Positions 36,501-45,227 of a stretch of 64,000 nt of DNA are shown piece by piece. Made by a program: the position numbers and the translations under genes. Source of the stretch: Dehalococcoidia bacterium. Its GTDB lineage: Bacteria; Chloroflexota; Dehalococcoidia; UBA6926. The stretch is taken from the NCBI GenBank assembly GCA_965214725.1, contig OZ243973.1:1468079-1532078 (forward strand), written 5' to 3'. The notes beneath the pieces were generated by a model, which was not told the DNA's origin, ran no database searches, and saw nothing but the letters and a program-made list of their open reading frames with translations. Each line of letters opens with the position of its first letter. Within the stretch, counting starts at the first letter, position 1.

Positions 36501-37479
36501 GCGTGATTCCCTGACATCAGGCATGGGCAACGGCGGCGGCAGCCTCAATGACCGGGTAAACGCGATCAGCGTGTCCAACCTAACGGCAGACGGGTTCACC
36601 CTGGGATGGTCAGCAGCCAACGGCGCTGACAGCTACCGGGTGCGCTACTGGCAGGACGAAGACGCGGTGAGCGTCTTCCCCGTCACGGGTACGACCCACA
36701 CGGTAACCGGCCTGGATCCGGAGACGGAGTACTCGGTGCAGATCATGGCGGTGGTCAACGGCAACGTGGTCACGAGCAAGTCGAGTTCAGTGTTCACCGT
36801 AACCACTGCCGCTGCTGCTGCACCGGCGCCGACGGCCACGCCCACGCCAATACCCACAGCAACACCCACGCCGGCGCCAATACCTACGGCAACACCGACA
36901 CCGGCGCCGCTCACATCGGCGCCTCCTACGGCAACACCGGCGCCGCAAGTCTGCAATCTGCCCTCGGACGCCATCACGGTGGCCGAGGTAACCGGCTGGC
37001 GGGACGCCCTCGACCCCATCAAGGCGGCCGCGGGCGTCAAACGCTGGAACCGGGTGCTGGCCACGCTGGGCGAGGACACGGGCGCTGCGCCGATGCCGGC
37101 GGAGCTGGCCCGGCAGGTCGCCAACTGGCTCGGCAACACCCGCTGGGATCGCACAGCCCGCACCCTAGAGGCTATGGCGCAGTGCGACAACCCTTTGCCC
37201 ACACCCGCGGCAGCGCCGACGCCGACGCCGCAGGCCTGCACTCTGCCGGCTGACGCCATCACGGTGGCCGAGGTAACCGGCTGGCGGGACGCCCTCGACC
37301 CCATCAAGGCGGCCCCGGGCATCAAACGCTGGAACCGGGTGCTGGCCACGCTGGGTGAGGACACTGGCCTTACGCCGATGCCGGCGGAGCTGGCCTGGGA
37401 GGTCGCCAACTGGCTCGGGAATACCCGCTGGGACCGCACGGCGCGCACGCTGGAGGCTATGGCGCAGTGCGACAACTGA
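33598..37479 (+). CDS. Secreted multidomain protein. From N to C: Calx-beta-like domains, an FN3 domain, a Pro/Thr/Ala linker, and a tandemly duplicated ~80-aa Cys-bounded domain.
   Basis: Signal-peptide-like N-terminus MNGFSWRLSVVTLAVLALVITASAGLW, with the ATG at 33598. The FN3-like segment is VSNLTADGFTLGWSAANGADSYRVRYWQ...TEYSVQIMAV. The linker is ATPTPIPTATPTPAP. The duplicated domain runs from C(N/T)LP to AMAQCDN. Confidence 0.75.
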   Translation: MNGFSWRLSVVTLAVLALVITASAGLWLVNPPQDAAAQTALPELKIAAATATVAEGGELRFTISASDPTLDRDLTVNLQVTEDTSQGRTYLAASERGSKRAVLYAGMETGTFTVKTVDDNNDEHDGAVTVTLRPGNGYTVGATNAATGTVTDKDGTHVTLTIGKSIIPENGGKTDITYRLRGPLKAGQTIAFKAGTGRDSNGRQGVDWTLQKKPGADNTGVTLSASGTVNGVTATARNPIVTMTGAGVREAKLELTAVDDTATSNRRITWFVGSNGGISNIFVQTLGGAQGSFRVSGRNHIYLIDDDNPPAPVIGFSRNAFSGNENGGLVQPVVNFSRVATPEFELPLTFTAGTATEGADYHEPGPQIVDLSSSSSTGLSFDIHLIDDKHKEGAETLTVAIDMDALPDLNGNSEGNGWVAGDHTTATITINDNDSDVHASISALDNIATEGSSSDKATFRVSLDSVRGAAGPLTDGDSARINFAFLGGAHGKDFDVNLLTNHPTLSSDGASVKFNPNAVSPAQDTPLFADFELIARQDLDAIDDLVRVQLAVIVAGAGTPTGSASGEARITLRDDDQKATGLRMRGELDGPIADDDGAFRIGEGSGETLVFGLTQAPTAAVNADASIISGSHAASITSGATNQVVVGNSFCYSRCPWRVWFDYNYGDPQNSTLNGYRIDIAGTEDIATVLTDDVTLRIALRSADKNYDGAVYEYPIKVIDNDQPISVELVSTSAVDLPESRNGRIRLGVRASRPVHTGLTPQLTWPDPSDTGHFTPAQDIDIAVEPIPVGGDMAYIYLDSNDDNVAEAEASATATMSLEETVAGVTVDQTRNTFLLRHSDDDNLNIRLIKRYASDNTVSYAVYFTRPVDYAIELVLKGKNSNNDRILGMPSTVTQNNPNLTSPHEYTIFDPDRYTAIIARTLGDYTFFDSQAIVVSDGIQLIDHDDPVPTTGPPLMAQSSEVSPQGTVRDSLTSGMGNGGGSLNDRVNAISVSNLTADGFTLGWSAANGADSYRVRYWQDEDAVSVFPVTGTTHTVTGLDPETEYSVQIMAVVNGNVVTSKSSSVFTVTTAAAAAPAPTATPTPIPTATPTPAPIPTATPTPAPLTSAPPTATPAPQVCNLPSDAITVAEVTGWRDALDPIKAAAGVKRWNRVLATLGEDTGAAPMPAELARQVANWLGNTRWDRTARTLEAMAQCDNPLPTPAAAPTPTPQACTLPADAITVAEVTGWRDALDPIKAAPGIKRWNRVLATLGEDTGLTPMPAELAWEVANWLGNTRWDRTARTLEAMAQCDN
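36952..37476 (+). repeat. Tandem in-frame duplication of 285 nt (95 aa) encoding the C-terminal Cys-bounded domain. Copies are at 36952-37191 and 37237-37476.
   Basis: Copy 1 reads CNLPSDAITVAEVTGWRDALDPIKAAAGVKRWNRVLATLGEDTGAAPMPAELARQVANWLGNTRWDRTARTLEAMAQCDN. Copy 2 reads CTLPADAITVAEVTGWRDALDPIKAAPGIKRWNRVLATLGEDTGLTPMPAELAWEVANWLGNTRWDRTARTLEAMAQCDN. Confidence 0.85.
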
Positions 37480-37866
37480 CGTTGCTACCCAACAGCGGCG
37501 ACAGGGAGTAGTCCACGCCCGCGTCGACCTGCCATGCCTGATCTCGCACCGCGCCCTGCGTGAGTACGAGGGAACACTGGGAGCAGCTGGTCGCCGTTGT
37601 GGGAGGCCGAGTTCCGCAACGCCCGGGCGGGAAATCCCGTCCGAAGCCCGCTTACTCATCGTGGTGCACCACGTAAAAGAGATCGTCGAAGTTCGCACGG
37701 AGCACGTATAGCATCCGCCCGTGCAGCGAAGCCGAGGAGCGGCTCGAGGTCCTCCACGACGTAGGCGGCAATCCCCATGCCCGACGACAGCCACATACCG
37801 GGGGGAGATGTCGAAGACGTGGCGCTAAACGGCTCAGTTCTGTCTACCGTCAAGCTTGGTGGAGCT

Positions 37867-37942
<76 letters not shown>

Positions 37943-37996
37943 GCCCTCAATTGTAGCGCACCATGGGCGTTCGCGTGGGCAGGAAACGGGTGTTGG

Positions 37997-38527
37997 TTAG
38001 CCGCCATAGCCTCCGGCGGGCCGGCCGGCGGTGGCAGCGGCCGCATCACCCTCTGCTGCCTCTGCGCCGGGCGGCTCATCTTCTGGGATCGGTTCCCATT
38101 TCACGAGAGTGACGTCATCCGTCACATCATCAAAGACGGCCTGAACGCGCTGGCCGACGGCAAGCGAGCCAGGGTCCTCCATCAGCTGTTCCTGTGGGAT
38201 GAGGACGTTGCCGGTCATGCGGGCGCCCTCATCAAGCTGAATGGTGGCGTGCACGTACGGCGCCTCCTCCGTGAACGCGGGGAAGGAGGATTGATAGACG
38301 GTTGTGTAGGAATAGACGCGGCCCCTTCCACTCACCCGTGTCCAGACGAGTTTATCTATGGGGGAGAGATCATAGGGGCAGACCTCACGCGGGAAGAAGA
38401 CGAACGTATTGCAGACGGTGCAGTACTGCACCCACAGCTCATGCTTCTTGGCGCCTTCCCAGAACGGTCGTGACACCTCCGGGTTGAGCGTCGCCTTCGG
38501 AAGCGGCTTGTTGTATTCGCTCGTCAT
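37997..38527 (-). CDS. DUF35-family Zn-ribbon/OB-fold protein (thiolase partner subunit).
   Basis: MTSEYNKPLPKATLNPEVSRPFWEGAKKHELWVQYCTVCNTFVFFPREVCPYD. The C-x2-C...C-P Zn-ribbon followed by an OB-fold is typical of DUF35. The ATG is at 38527. Confidence 0.7.
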   Translation of the reverse strand: MTSEYNKPLPKATLNPEVSRPFWEGAKKHELWVQYCTVCNTFVFFPREVCPYDLSPIDKLVWTRVSGRGRVYSYTTVYQSSFPAFTEEAPYVHATIQLDEGARMTGNVLIPQEQLMEDPGSLAVGQRVQAVFDDVTDDVTLVKWEPIPEDEPPGAEAAEGDAAAATAGRPAGGYGG

Positions 38528-38561
38528 GACTCTCTTGTCCCTCAGCGTTCCTCTGCTTGCT

Positions 38562-39719
38562 CTAGAGTGCGTTCTCGGACCCGAGAACCAGCGTGCACAT
38601 GACGCTTGCCATGCCACCGTTACCATTGACGAGTCCCAGGTCATTGCGCTCGATCTGCCTCACACCGGCCTTGCCCATGATCTGGCGGGCTGCCTCAACG
38701 ACGTGACGGAGGCCACCCGCTGAACCGGGCTGTCCGCCGGACAACTGGCCACCGTCCGTGTTGATGGGGAAGGTCCCGTTGTAGGTGGTGTCCGTCTCCG
38801 CAAAGAACGGTCCAATCTCACCCTTCGGCACGATCCCTGCGTCTTCCAGGGAGACTGCATGGATGATTGTGTATGCATCATAGAATTGAGCGAACTGGAT
38901 GTCACTCGGGGCGTAACCGGACATGGCGAGCGCGGTTGGCGCAGAGCGCGCAACCGGCGTGGTGGTGAGCTCCGGTCGCATCATCCCGCTTAAGCCGTCC
39001 ACCGCTGTCGCGCCGCCAAGCATGTAGGCGGGCTTGTTGAGGCTGGCCTTTGCGCGCTCTTTCGTTGTGACAATGACAGCCGCCGCGCCGGCGCACGGCA
39101 TCACACATTCCAGCAAGCGCAGCGGATAATTCACGTAGCGAGAGCTGATAACATCCTCATACGTAATCGGCTGGCCATTGAATACGGCGTTCTCATTGCC
39201 CTGAGCGTTGGCGCGTTCATTCACCGCAATGTGCGCTAACTGCTCTTGCGTTGTGCCGTAGCGATCCATGTGGCGCATGTAGACCTGTGCATAGCCGGAA
39301 TTCGCGCCGGCGGCGGGACCATACGGGAAATCGAACTCGGACGCGGGGCCGTGGGATCCCTCGGGACCATCGGGGATTGCAGGATTACGTGCCTGTCCCA
39401 TGACGACGAGGACGTAGTTTGCGAGGCCGTTCTGGACAGCCATGGAGGCAAGCAAGACAGCGGTCGCGCCGCTGGCGCCCATCATGGAGGTGCCGGTGCC
39501 GAATCGCGGGCGGATTCCAAGGTATTCCGATACGAATCCAGGGAAGATTGCTTCTCCCTCAGTAACCAGCCCGTCTATGTCATCCTTTGAGATGTGCGCA
39601 TCCTCGATGGCGAGACGGGCCGCCTGTGCCAGCAGGCCGCCCGTGCTCAGGCCGCGAACCGTTCGGCGCGACGGGAGCTCGCCGATACCGACAATTGCGG
39701 CTTCTCCTCGGAAACTCAC
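38562..39719 (-). CDS. Thiolase-like protein (SCP-x/nonspecific lipid-transfer-protein-type thiolase).
   Basis: 385 aa. N-terminus MSFRGEAAIVGIGELP. The thiolase fold is conserved to the C-terminus (...GQPGSAGGLRHVVEAARQIMGKAG...). Confidence 0.75.
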   Translation of the reverse strand: MSFRGEAAIVGIGELPSRRTVRGLSTGGLLAQAARLAIEDAHISKDDIDGLVTEGEAIFPGFVSEYLGIRPRFGTGTSMMGASGATAVLLASMAVQNGLANYVLVVMGQARNPAIPDGPEGSHGPASEFDFPYGPAAGANSGYAQVYMRHMDRYGTTQEQLAHIAVNERANAQGNENAVFNGQPITYEDVISSRYVNYPLRLLECVMPCAGAAAVIVTTKERAKASLNKPAYMLGGATAVDGLSGMMRPELTTTPVARSAPTALAMSGYAPSDIQFAQFYDAYTIIHAVSLEDAGIVPKGEIGPFFAETDTTYNGTFPINTDGGQLSGGQPGSAGGLRHVVEAARQIMGKAGVRQIERNDLGLVNGNGGMASVMCTLVLGSENAL

Positions 39720-39758
39720 GTCTCTGTCCTCCTGTTGGTGTCCGTTTCACTGATGAGA

Positions 39759-40277
39759 TCAGTTATACCTGGGGTCGTTCGCCCATGGATTCTCGGTCGG
39801 CTCCGACTCCGACCCCGGCACGGGGCCGTCTTCAATCCGCCGCCACTTGATGATTGTCCATTCAGGAGTGACGTCCTCAAAGACAGCCTCGACGCGCTGA
39901 CTCACTAAGAGCAGCGCGGGATCTTCACGGTACTCCTCCGGCGTGACATCGGCCATGTTTCCGATCATTCGAACGCCCTCATCCAGTTCGATAAGGACTT
40001 GTGCCATGGGCATAGCCTCACCAAACGTAGGGACGGCCGGCTGATAGACCGTTGTGTACGAGTGGATGCGGCCCTTGCCGCTTGCCTTCGTCCAGACCAG
40101 GTCATCGCCGTGCCCCCAACATGTGGGACACGCGTCACGCGGATAGAAGATGAAATTGTTGCAGCGCGTGCAGTTCTGGAGCCAGAGTTCATGACGCTTC
40201 GTCCCCGCCCAGAACGTGGAGGTCAACTCCGGGTTCATGGTGGGGCGTGGTACCGGCCTTCTGTATTCGCTCGTCAT
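39759..40277 (-). CDS. DUF35-family Zn-ribbon/OB-fold protein (second copy).
   Basis: MTSEYRRPVPRPTMNPELTSTFWAGTKRHELWLQNCTRCNNFIFYPRDACPTC. It is a paralog of the protein encoded at 37997..38527. Confidence 0.7.
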   Translation of the reverse strand: MTSEYRRPVPRPTMNPELTSTFWAGTKRHELWLQNCTRCNNFIFYPRDACPTCWGHGDDLVWTKASGKGRIHSYTTVYQPAVPTFGEAMPMAQVLIELDEGVRMIGNMADVTPEEYREDPALLLVSQRVEAVFEDVTPEWTIIKWRRIEDGPVPGSESEPTENPWANDPRYN

Positions 40278-40320
40278 GGCTGCCTAACTCCTAGCGGCGC
40301 TGCTCGTCCGGCTTTTTCCT

Positions 40321-41478
40321 CTAGAGTGCGTTCTCGGAACCGAGAACCAGCGTGCACATTGTGCTCGCGGTGCCGCCTCAACCATTCACCAGGCCGAGGT
40401 CATTGCGGGCGATCTGTCTCACACCCGCCTTGCCCATGATCTGGCGCGCGCCCTCGATAACGTGTCTGAACCCACCGGCGAGGCCGGGCTGTCCGCTGGA
40501 CAGCTGGCCGCCGTCTGTGTTGATGGGAAACTCGCCGTTGTAGCGCGTATCGGTTGATTCAAAGAACGGCCCAACCTCGCCCTTGGGCATCAACCCCGCA
40601 TCCTCCAGGCACACGGCATGGAGAATGGTGTATCAATCATAGAACTGGGCAAACTGCATGTCCCGCGGCGTGTAGCCGGACATGGTGAACGCCGTGGGCG
40701 CAGACCGCGCGACTGGCGTCTCGGTCAGCTTGTCACGTTGCCAGCCGGTCAAAGGATCGGTCGCGATGCCCGCGCCAAGGACGTACACCGGGCGATTCAG
40801 GCTATGCTTGGCGCGCTCTGCGGTTGTGACAATAACGGCGGCGGCGCCGGCACACGGCATCACCGTTTCAAGCAGCTTGATGGGGTAATTGATAAAACGG
40901 GAATTCATCACATCGTCATGTGTGATGGGCTGCCCCTGGAAGACGGAGTTGGGGTTCTCCAGTGTGTTGAATCGCTCGTTGACGGCTATTTGGGCCATCT
41001 GCTCTTCAGTCGTGCCGTATTCCTCCATGTGTCGGACGTACATCATGCCGTAGCCGGTATTCGCGCCGGCTGCCATACCATACGGTTCCTCAAACTCTGA
41101 CCTCGCGCTGGGAGGCCCGCCACCCTCCGGCGGAATGACCGGGTTGCGCGCCGTGGCAATGACGACGAGCACGTAGTTGGCGAGTCCGTTCTGGACGGCC
41201 ATGGAGGCGAGCGTGACGCCCGTCGCGCCACTGGCGCCCATCATGCTGGCGCCGGTCGCGAATCGTGGGCTGATTCCGAGGTACTCGGACGCAAAGGCCG
41301 GGGACACAGTCCCGCCCTCCGTAACAAGTCCGTCTATATCCGTGAAGCGCAAATGGGCGTCATGGATAGCGATGCGGGCCACGTCACCCATGAGGCCAAC
41401 CATTGAGCGGCCAAACGTGGAGCGGGTCGTCGGCAACTCCCCGATTCCGATGATCGCTGCTTCACCACGAAGACTCAT
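40321..41478 (-). pseudogene. Thiolase-like paralog with two in-frame TGA codons (40633-40635 and 40378-40380). There is no frameshift and the frame ends at a TAG at 40321-40323. It is a probable pseudogene, or a sequence error.
   Basis: The translation runs MSLRGEAAIIGIGELP...QFAQFYD*YTILHAVCLEDAGLMPKGE...LGLVNG*GGTASTMCTLVLGSENAL. It aligns with the intact paralog end to end (...FYDAYTIIHAV... / ...LVNGNGGMASVMCTLVLGSENAL). Confidence 0.6.
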
Positions 41479-41720
41479 ACGTCCACCTCTCGGGCACGGC
41501 TCACTCTACCGATTATCTGATGTACACACGATACCACCGAGCGCCCACAATGGCAACAACATATACGGATTCGTTAGTGATTCTGTGGTCCCCATGCCCG
41601 CTCCACTCCCCTCATTCCCTGCCTGTCATTCCGAGCGCAGCCGAGGAATCCAAAGACTGAGGAGAGCAGGGAAATGAATGTCCCAGCCGACTCGCCCTGA
41701 GCGTGCCAAAGGGCGAGCCG

Positions 41721-42191
41721 CTACCCCTCCGCGGGTGGGTTCTCGAAGTGCACCTGCCAGTTGATGCCGAACCGATCCGTGCACGCCCCAAAGTAATCGC
41801 CCCAGAACATATCCTGCTGCTCCATCGTCACCTCACCGCCCGCGGCGAGCGCCGCAAAGACGCGATCCGCCTCCGCGCGGGTCGGCGCCGCGTAGCTGAC
41901 GGAGAAATTGGAGCCGACGCTGAGCGGCGGCCCGAACCCGGGCGGCACATCACTCCCCATGAGAATGCTGTTCCCGATGGACAGTGACACGTGCATGATC
42001 CAGTCCGTCATCTCCGACGGTATCGGCGGCATATCCTCAGAGGGCGGCAGGTCCGCAAAGGTCATCGTGTTGTCGAACTCCCCGCCAAAGACAGCGCGAT
42101 ACGCCTCAAACGCCTCCCGGCACGATCCATCATCAAAATTGATGTAGATAGAGAGCGTAGGAAAGGGCTGCTGCTGGTCCTGGGTTGTCAT
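41721..42191 (-). CDS. VOC (glyoxalase/bleomycin-resistance/PhnB-like) family protein.
   Basis: 156 aa. The pattern ...SIYINFDDG...EAF.FY..VFGGE...MHV.L.IG...LMG.D..P.... matches PhnB-like VOC proteins. Confidence 0.6.
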   Translation of the reverse strand: MTTQDQQQPFPTLSIYINFDDGSCREAFEAYRAVFGGEFDNTMTFADLPPSEDMPPIPSEMTDWIMHVSLSIGNSILMGSDVPPGFGPPLSVGSNFSVSYAAPTRAEADRVFAALAAGGEVTMEQQDMFWGDYFGACTDRFGINWQVHFENPPAEG

Positions 42192-42225
42192 GGTGTTGGG
42201 GGTCTCCTTTCGGTTGTGGGCTTCA

Positions 42226-42241
42226 GGGGGGGGGGGGGGGG
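42226..42241. repeat. Homopolymeric G16 tract (C16 on the minus strand). It lies between the RapA-like gene stop and the VOC gene start.
   Basis: Direct reading: cttca-gggggggggggggggg-tgaggg. Confidence 0.95.
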
Positions 42242-42248
42242 TGAGGGA

Positions 42249-45227
42249 CTATGACCGTTGCTCTTCCTTCACTATATCCGCTGCAGCCAAGAGGACGATA
42301 TCGTTGGGGTGCCGGAACTTGGTGCACTGGTCCGCTAGCTCGGTCTCGGCCGCCACCTGGAGTAGTTGGACGGTTTCCCTACGCTCTGCAGGGTCTCCAG
42401 CCCCCATCGACGGTTGCAGTCCCCGTGCCTCGTTGCCAAGCAACGACCCGAAGAAAGTGGGGCGTGCTTCTGCTTGATCTGACCCGTCCTTGATGAATAC
42501 TGGCAAGACATCGTCTCGGTTAGGTACACCTTGATCGTTTTGCCACCGCAATCGATAAAGGCCAAGCGCGCCGTTATCAGGGCCGCGAATAGATGCGTAT
42601 TCTCCACCGAAGTCCGGGGATTGCGCACACTCAATGATGTCCGTGAAGAAACGGCTCTTGAAATCCATCAGGTGAATGCTGCCGCTGCCCTGAGCTATCT
42701 GTCTATCTGCAGTAATGCGGACGACGGTTGCACCGGCAGGGAAGTCGGAGTACTGCCCGCGCAGGAGGTCCGGTAGCCTAATGACCAGAACCCGACCGTC
42801 GTATTGACTTTCCCTAATCTCGATGCCACGGAAGTATGGGAGCATAATCTCGAGGAAGAGGTGAACATCTTCCTGCGTAAACCTGTGGCTCGCGACAAGA
42901 GAATTTGGATCGTAGCCCTCAATGCTCGAAAATAATATGTCCTGCTGATTCTTTGCCTCGTGGGCTCGCTTTAAGGCTTCCTCAGCGTCCTGTTGAGTAC
43001 GGTCCACAGACATTTCTGAGGCATCAGCCAATATCTTTGCAATGTCAAGCCGTTCCAGTATTTCGCCCAAAATTTCGGTCTTGAGAGCACTCGGGTCGCC
43101 ATATTCACCACTGACCTCTGCCAGATCTTGGGCAATCGAGTCTACTCTCTCTAGCGTTCGCGCAAGAATCTGGTTGTCGAAGCCTTGTGTACTCATCATG
43201 TTGAACACAACAACGCGCTCTGTCTGCCCGTAACGATATAGGCGGCCCGCCCTCTGGATGAGTCGGGCCGGATTCCAAGGAATGTCATAGTTCACCATGA
43301 CGTGGCACTCTCGGTGCAAGTTGATGCCCTCTCCTCCTGCCTCTGTGGAAATGAGGAAGGGACCAGATTCATTGAATTTCGCGATGTTCGCCTTCTTCTC
43401 GTTGAGAGACATGCCTCCGTGAATCTGGAGTATCTCGCGCCCTGGATACGCAATCTTCAGCTGGTCGGCAATGTATTCCTGCGTAGCCCTGTACTCCGTG
43501 AAGACAAGGAGCTTGTCACTGGCTTCCCTGACGGGTTTCACAACCTTCTCCAAGAACAACTGCATCTTAGGGTCCTTCACATTGGCATCTTCCGCCAAAG
43601 CGATTAGGCGCTCCAATTCTTGGGCTTCCCCCTGAAAGAATGGCTGCCCTGCCTTAACCTCGACTCCCACAACATCCGCGAGTGCTTCCAGGTTATCGTT
43701 TCCATCACTCCCATCGATGAAAGCATCTATATTTCCTGTCATGACATCACCCGCATCATCATCAGCTACATCATCATTGATATCGGATTGTTCACCAGTC
43801 TGCAGACGAGCAAGACGTTTCAGCAGGGCCGTCTCGACTGCGGTGATACTAGACGAGGCAAGTTTTCTGTACGTGGTCATAACGAAGCCAACTGCCCGCA
43901 ATCCACCCCCTTCTTCCGCAACCTTATAACCTTTTCTGAGATATTCCTTAAGCTGCTTGTCAAATGTGTCCAATTTGTCCGTGCTGGGGACATCCACCGC
44001 GTGGCTATCTTGGCCACGGAATATGGGCTCTCCGTTCATGTCCGTTGCGGCGCTCTTTCTGTTGCGCAGAACCATCTCTGCGACGACGGAGGGATTCGTA
44101 AAGATCTGTCCCAGTTCTCGGGCGCGGTCTGGGCGCAAAAGCGTCAACATGTTGACAAACTGCGCGTTATCGCCTTGATGCGGAGTTCCTGTAAGAAAAA
44201 TAAAGGAATCTGTGAATTTTCTCACGTGCTGGGCCAGTCGATACCTCTGGGTTGTTTCCCTCCCCGGAACCTTGCTCAGATGATGCGCCTCATCAAAGAT
44301 GATGATGTCCCACTCCCCAGCATCGGCCAATTTCGCGAGGTTCTCATCTGATTTCCCCCGGTCAATCGACACGATAACCTTGTCCTGCCCAAACCAGTGT
44401 GACGGCTGATTTATATTGAAGTCGACTCCGAAAATCCTGAAGTCTTCGTTGAACTTGTAGCTCATCTCATCCTGCCATTGACGGACAACTGCAGCAGGGC
44501 AAACGACCAAGACACGCCTCGCCTGACGTCTGCGACGCAGTGCCGCCAGAAGGAGTCCCACCTCAATTGTCTTCCCCAAGCCAACATCGTCGGCGATGAG
44601 CCAATTCGTCTGGTCGGAAGTCAGAATCCTGTGAACCAGATCGATCTGGTGTGGCAGAGGGTCAACGTCGAGCCGATCAAGGGCTCCTGTAACTTGATTC
44701 CAGGAATCTAACGCGTAAGCGAAAGCTTTTAGCCGAAACCGTTCATGGCTATCGTCCTCGAGTTCGGCACGCACATATCTTGTCTCGGGGCCACGGAGCC
44801 TAACCAGATTCTCAAAGGGTATCCAAGCACTTTCCCCGGTCTTGTGCCATTGTACGAGTACCATATCACGTGCCGCGATGTGCCGTTCCGCTTGAACAAT
44901 TCCAGTGCCCACCGTCCTCCTGATGTTCGACAATGGGCTATCCTGCACAAGATCACCAGGCCTAAAGCCGTTGCGCAACTCCGAAGATTTGTGCCGCGAA
45001 TCAGGAATTGCCAGCCCCCACCTCACTTGAACTTCTTCCCTATTCTCGTCTGTGGCGACGACCTGGCCGCGATGTATCGGCCCTCCAGCTATTCGTTCCG
45101 CATTCAAAGTCACCCAGCAATTCACAGCTGGTATCAATCGATGTGGCGATTCATTTCTGTTCATGCCATCTCTCATACTCATGAAAGTCATCATCTCCAT
45201 ACCATTCAGTAAGCGCTTTCCATTCAT
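42249..45227 (-). CDS. SNF2-family ATPase with a RapA/HepA-like architecture: two N-terminal Tudor-like subdomains followed by the Snf2 ATPase and helicase-C domains. Start is uncertain; Met codons occur at 45227 through 45164.
   Basis: Walker A ADDVGLGKT. DEAH box IIFDEAHHL. Helicase-C motifs around LVFTEYRATQ...IHGGMS...FLISTEAGGEGINL...YDIPWNPARLIQRAGRLYRYGQ. The N-terminal segments VNCWVTLNAERIAGG...VQVRW and FRPGDLV...VLVQW resemble the paired RapA N-terminal domains (GQRWIS..., FNPGDTI...). Confidence 0.7.
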   Translation of the reverse strand: MNGKRLLNGMEMMTFMSMRDGMNRNESPHRLIPAVNCWVTLNAERIAGGPIHRGQVVATDENREEVQVRWGLAIPDSRHKSSELRNGFRPGDLVQDSPLSNIRRTVGTGIVQAERHIAARDMVLVQWHKTGESAWIPFENLVRLRGPETRYVRAELEDDSHERFRLKAFAYALDSWNQVTGALDRLDVDPLPHQIDLVHRILTSDQTNWLIADDVGLGKTIEVGLLLAALRRRRQARRVLVVCPAAVVRQWQDEMSYKFNEDFRIFGVDFNINQPSHWFGQDKVIVSIDRGKSDENLAKLADAGEWDIIIFDEAHHLSKVPGRETTQRYRLAQHVRKFTDSFIFLTGTPHQGDNAQFVNMLTLLRPDRARELGQIFTNPSVVAEMVLRNRKSAATDMNGEPIFRGQDSHAVDVPSTDKLDTFDKQLKEYLRKGYKVAEEGGGLRAVGFVMTTYRKLASSSITAVETALLKRLARLQTGEQSDINDDVADDDAGDVMTGNIDAFIDGSDGNDNLEALADVVGVEVKAGQPFFQGEAQELERLIALAEDANVKDPKMQLFLEKVVKPVREASDKLLVFTEYRATQEYIADQLKIAYPGREILQIHGGMSLNEKKANIAKFNESGPFLISTEAGGEGINLHRECHVMVNYDIPWNPARLIQRAGRLYRYGQTERVVVFNMMSTQGFDNQILARTLERVDSIAQDLAEVSGEYGDPSALKTEILGEILERLDIAKILADASEMSVDRTQQDAEEALKRAHEAKNQQDILFSSIEGYDPNSLVASHRFTQEDVHLFLEIMLPYFRGIEIRESQYDGRVLVIRLPDLLRGQYSDFPAGATVVRITADRQIAQGSGSIHLMDFKSRFFTDIIECAQSPDFGGEYASIRGPDNGALGLYRLRWQNDQGVPNRDDVLPVFIKDGSDQAEARPTFFGSLLGNEARGLQPSMGAGDPAERRETVQLLQVAAETELADQCTKFRHPNDIVLLAAADIVKEEQRS

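Noticed and set aside
38571-38600. The inverted repeat GTTCTCGG..CCGAGAAC at the 3' ends of both thiolase genes (also at 40327-40350).
   Set aside because: It lies inside the coding sequence for the conserved C-terminal peptide LVLGSEN. The palindromy is a by-product of the codon sequence and is identical in both paralogs for that reason.
40378-40635. Interpreting the two in-frame TGA codons in the thiolase paralog as selenocysteine or a TGA-sense genetic code.
   Set aside because: Several neighbouring genes (the giant gene, MMPL, the lipoprotein, rpoD) terminate with TGA. The positions correspond to Ala and Asn in the paralog, not Cys. No SECIS-like hairpin is evident. A pseudogene or a sequence error is more parsimonious.
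41612-41645. A short inverted repeat, cATTCCgagcgcagccgaGGAATc, in the thiolase-VOC intergenic region.
   Set aside because: The arms are only 5 bp with a 12-nt loop and no flanking T-tract. There is not enough support to call it a terminator or a REP-like element.
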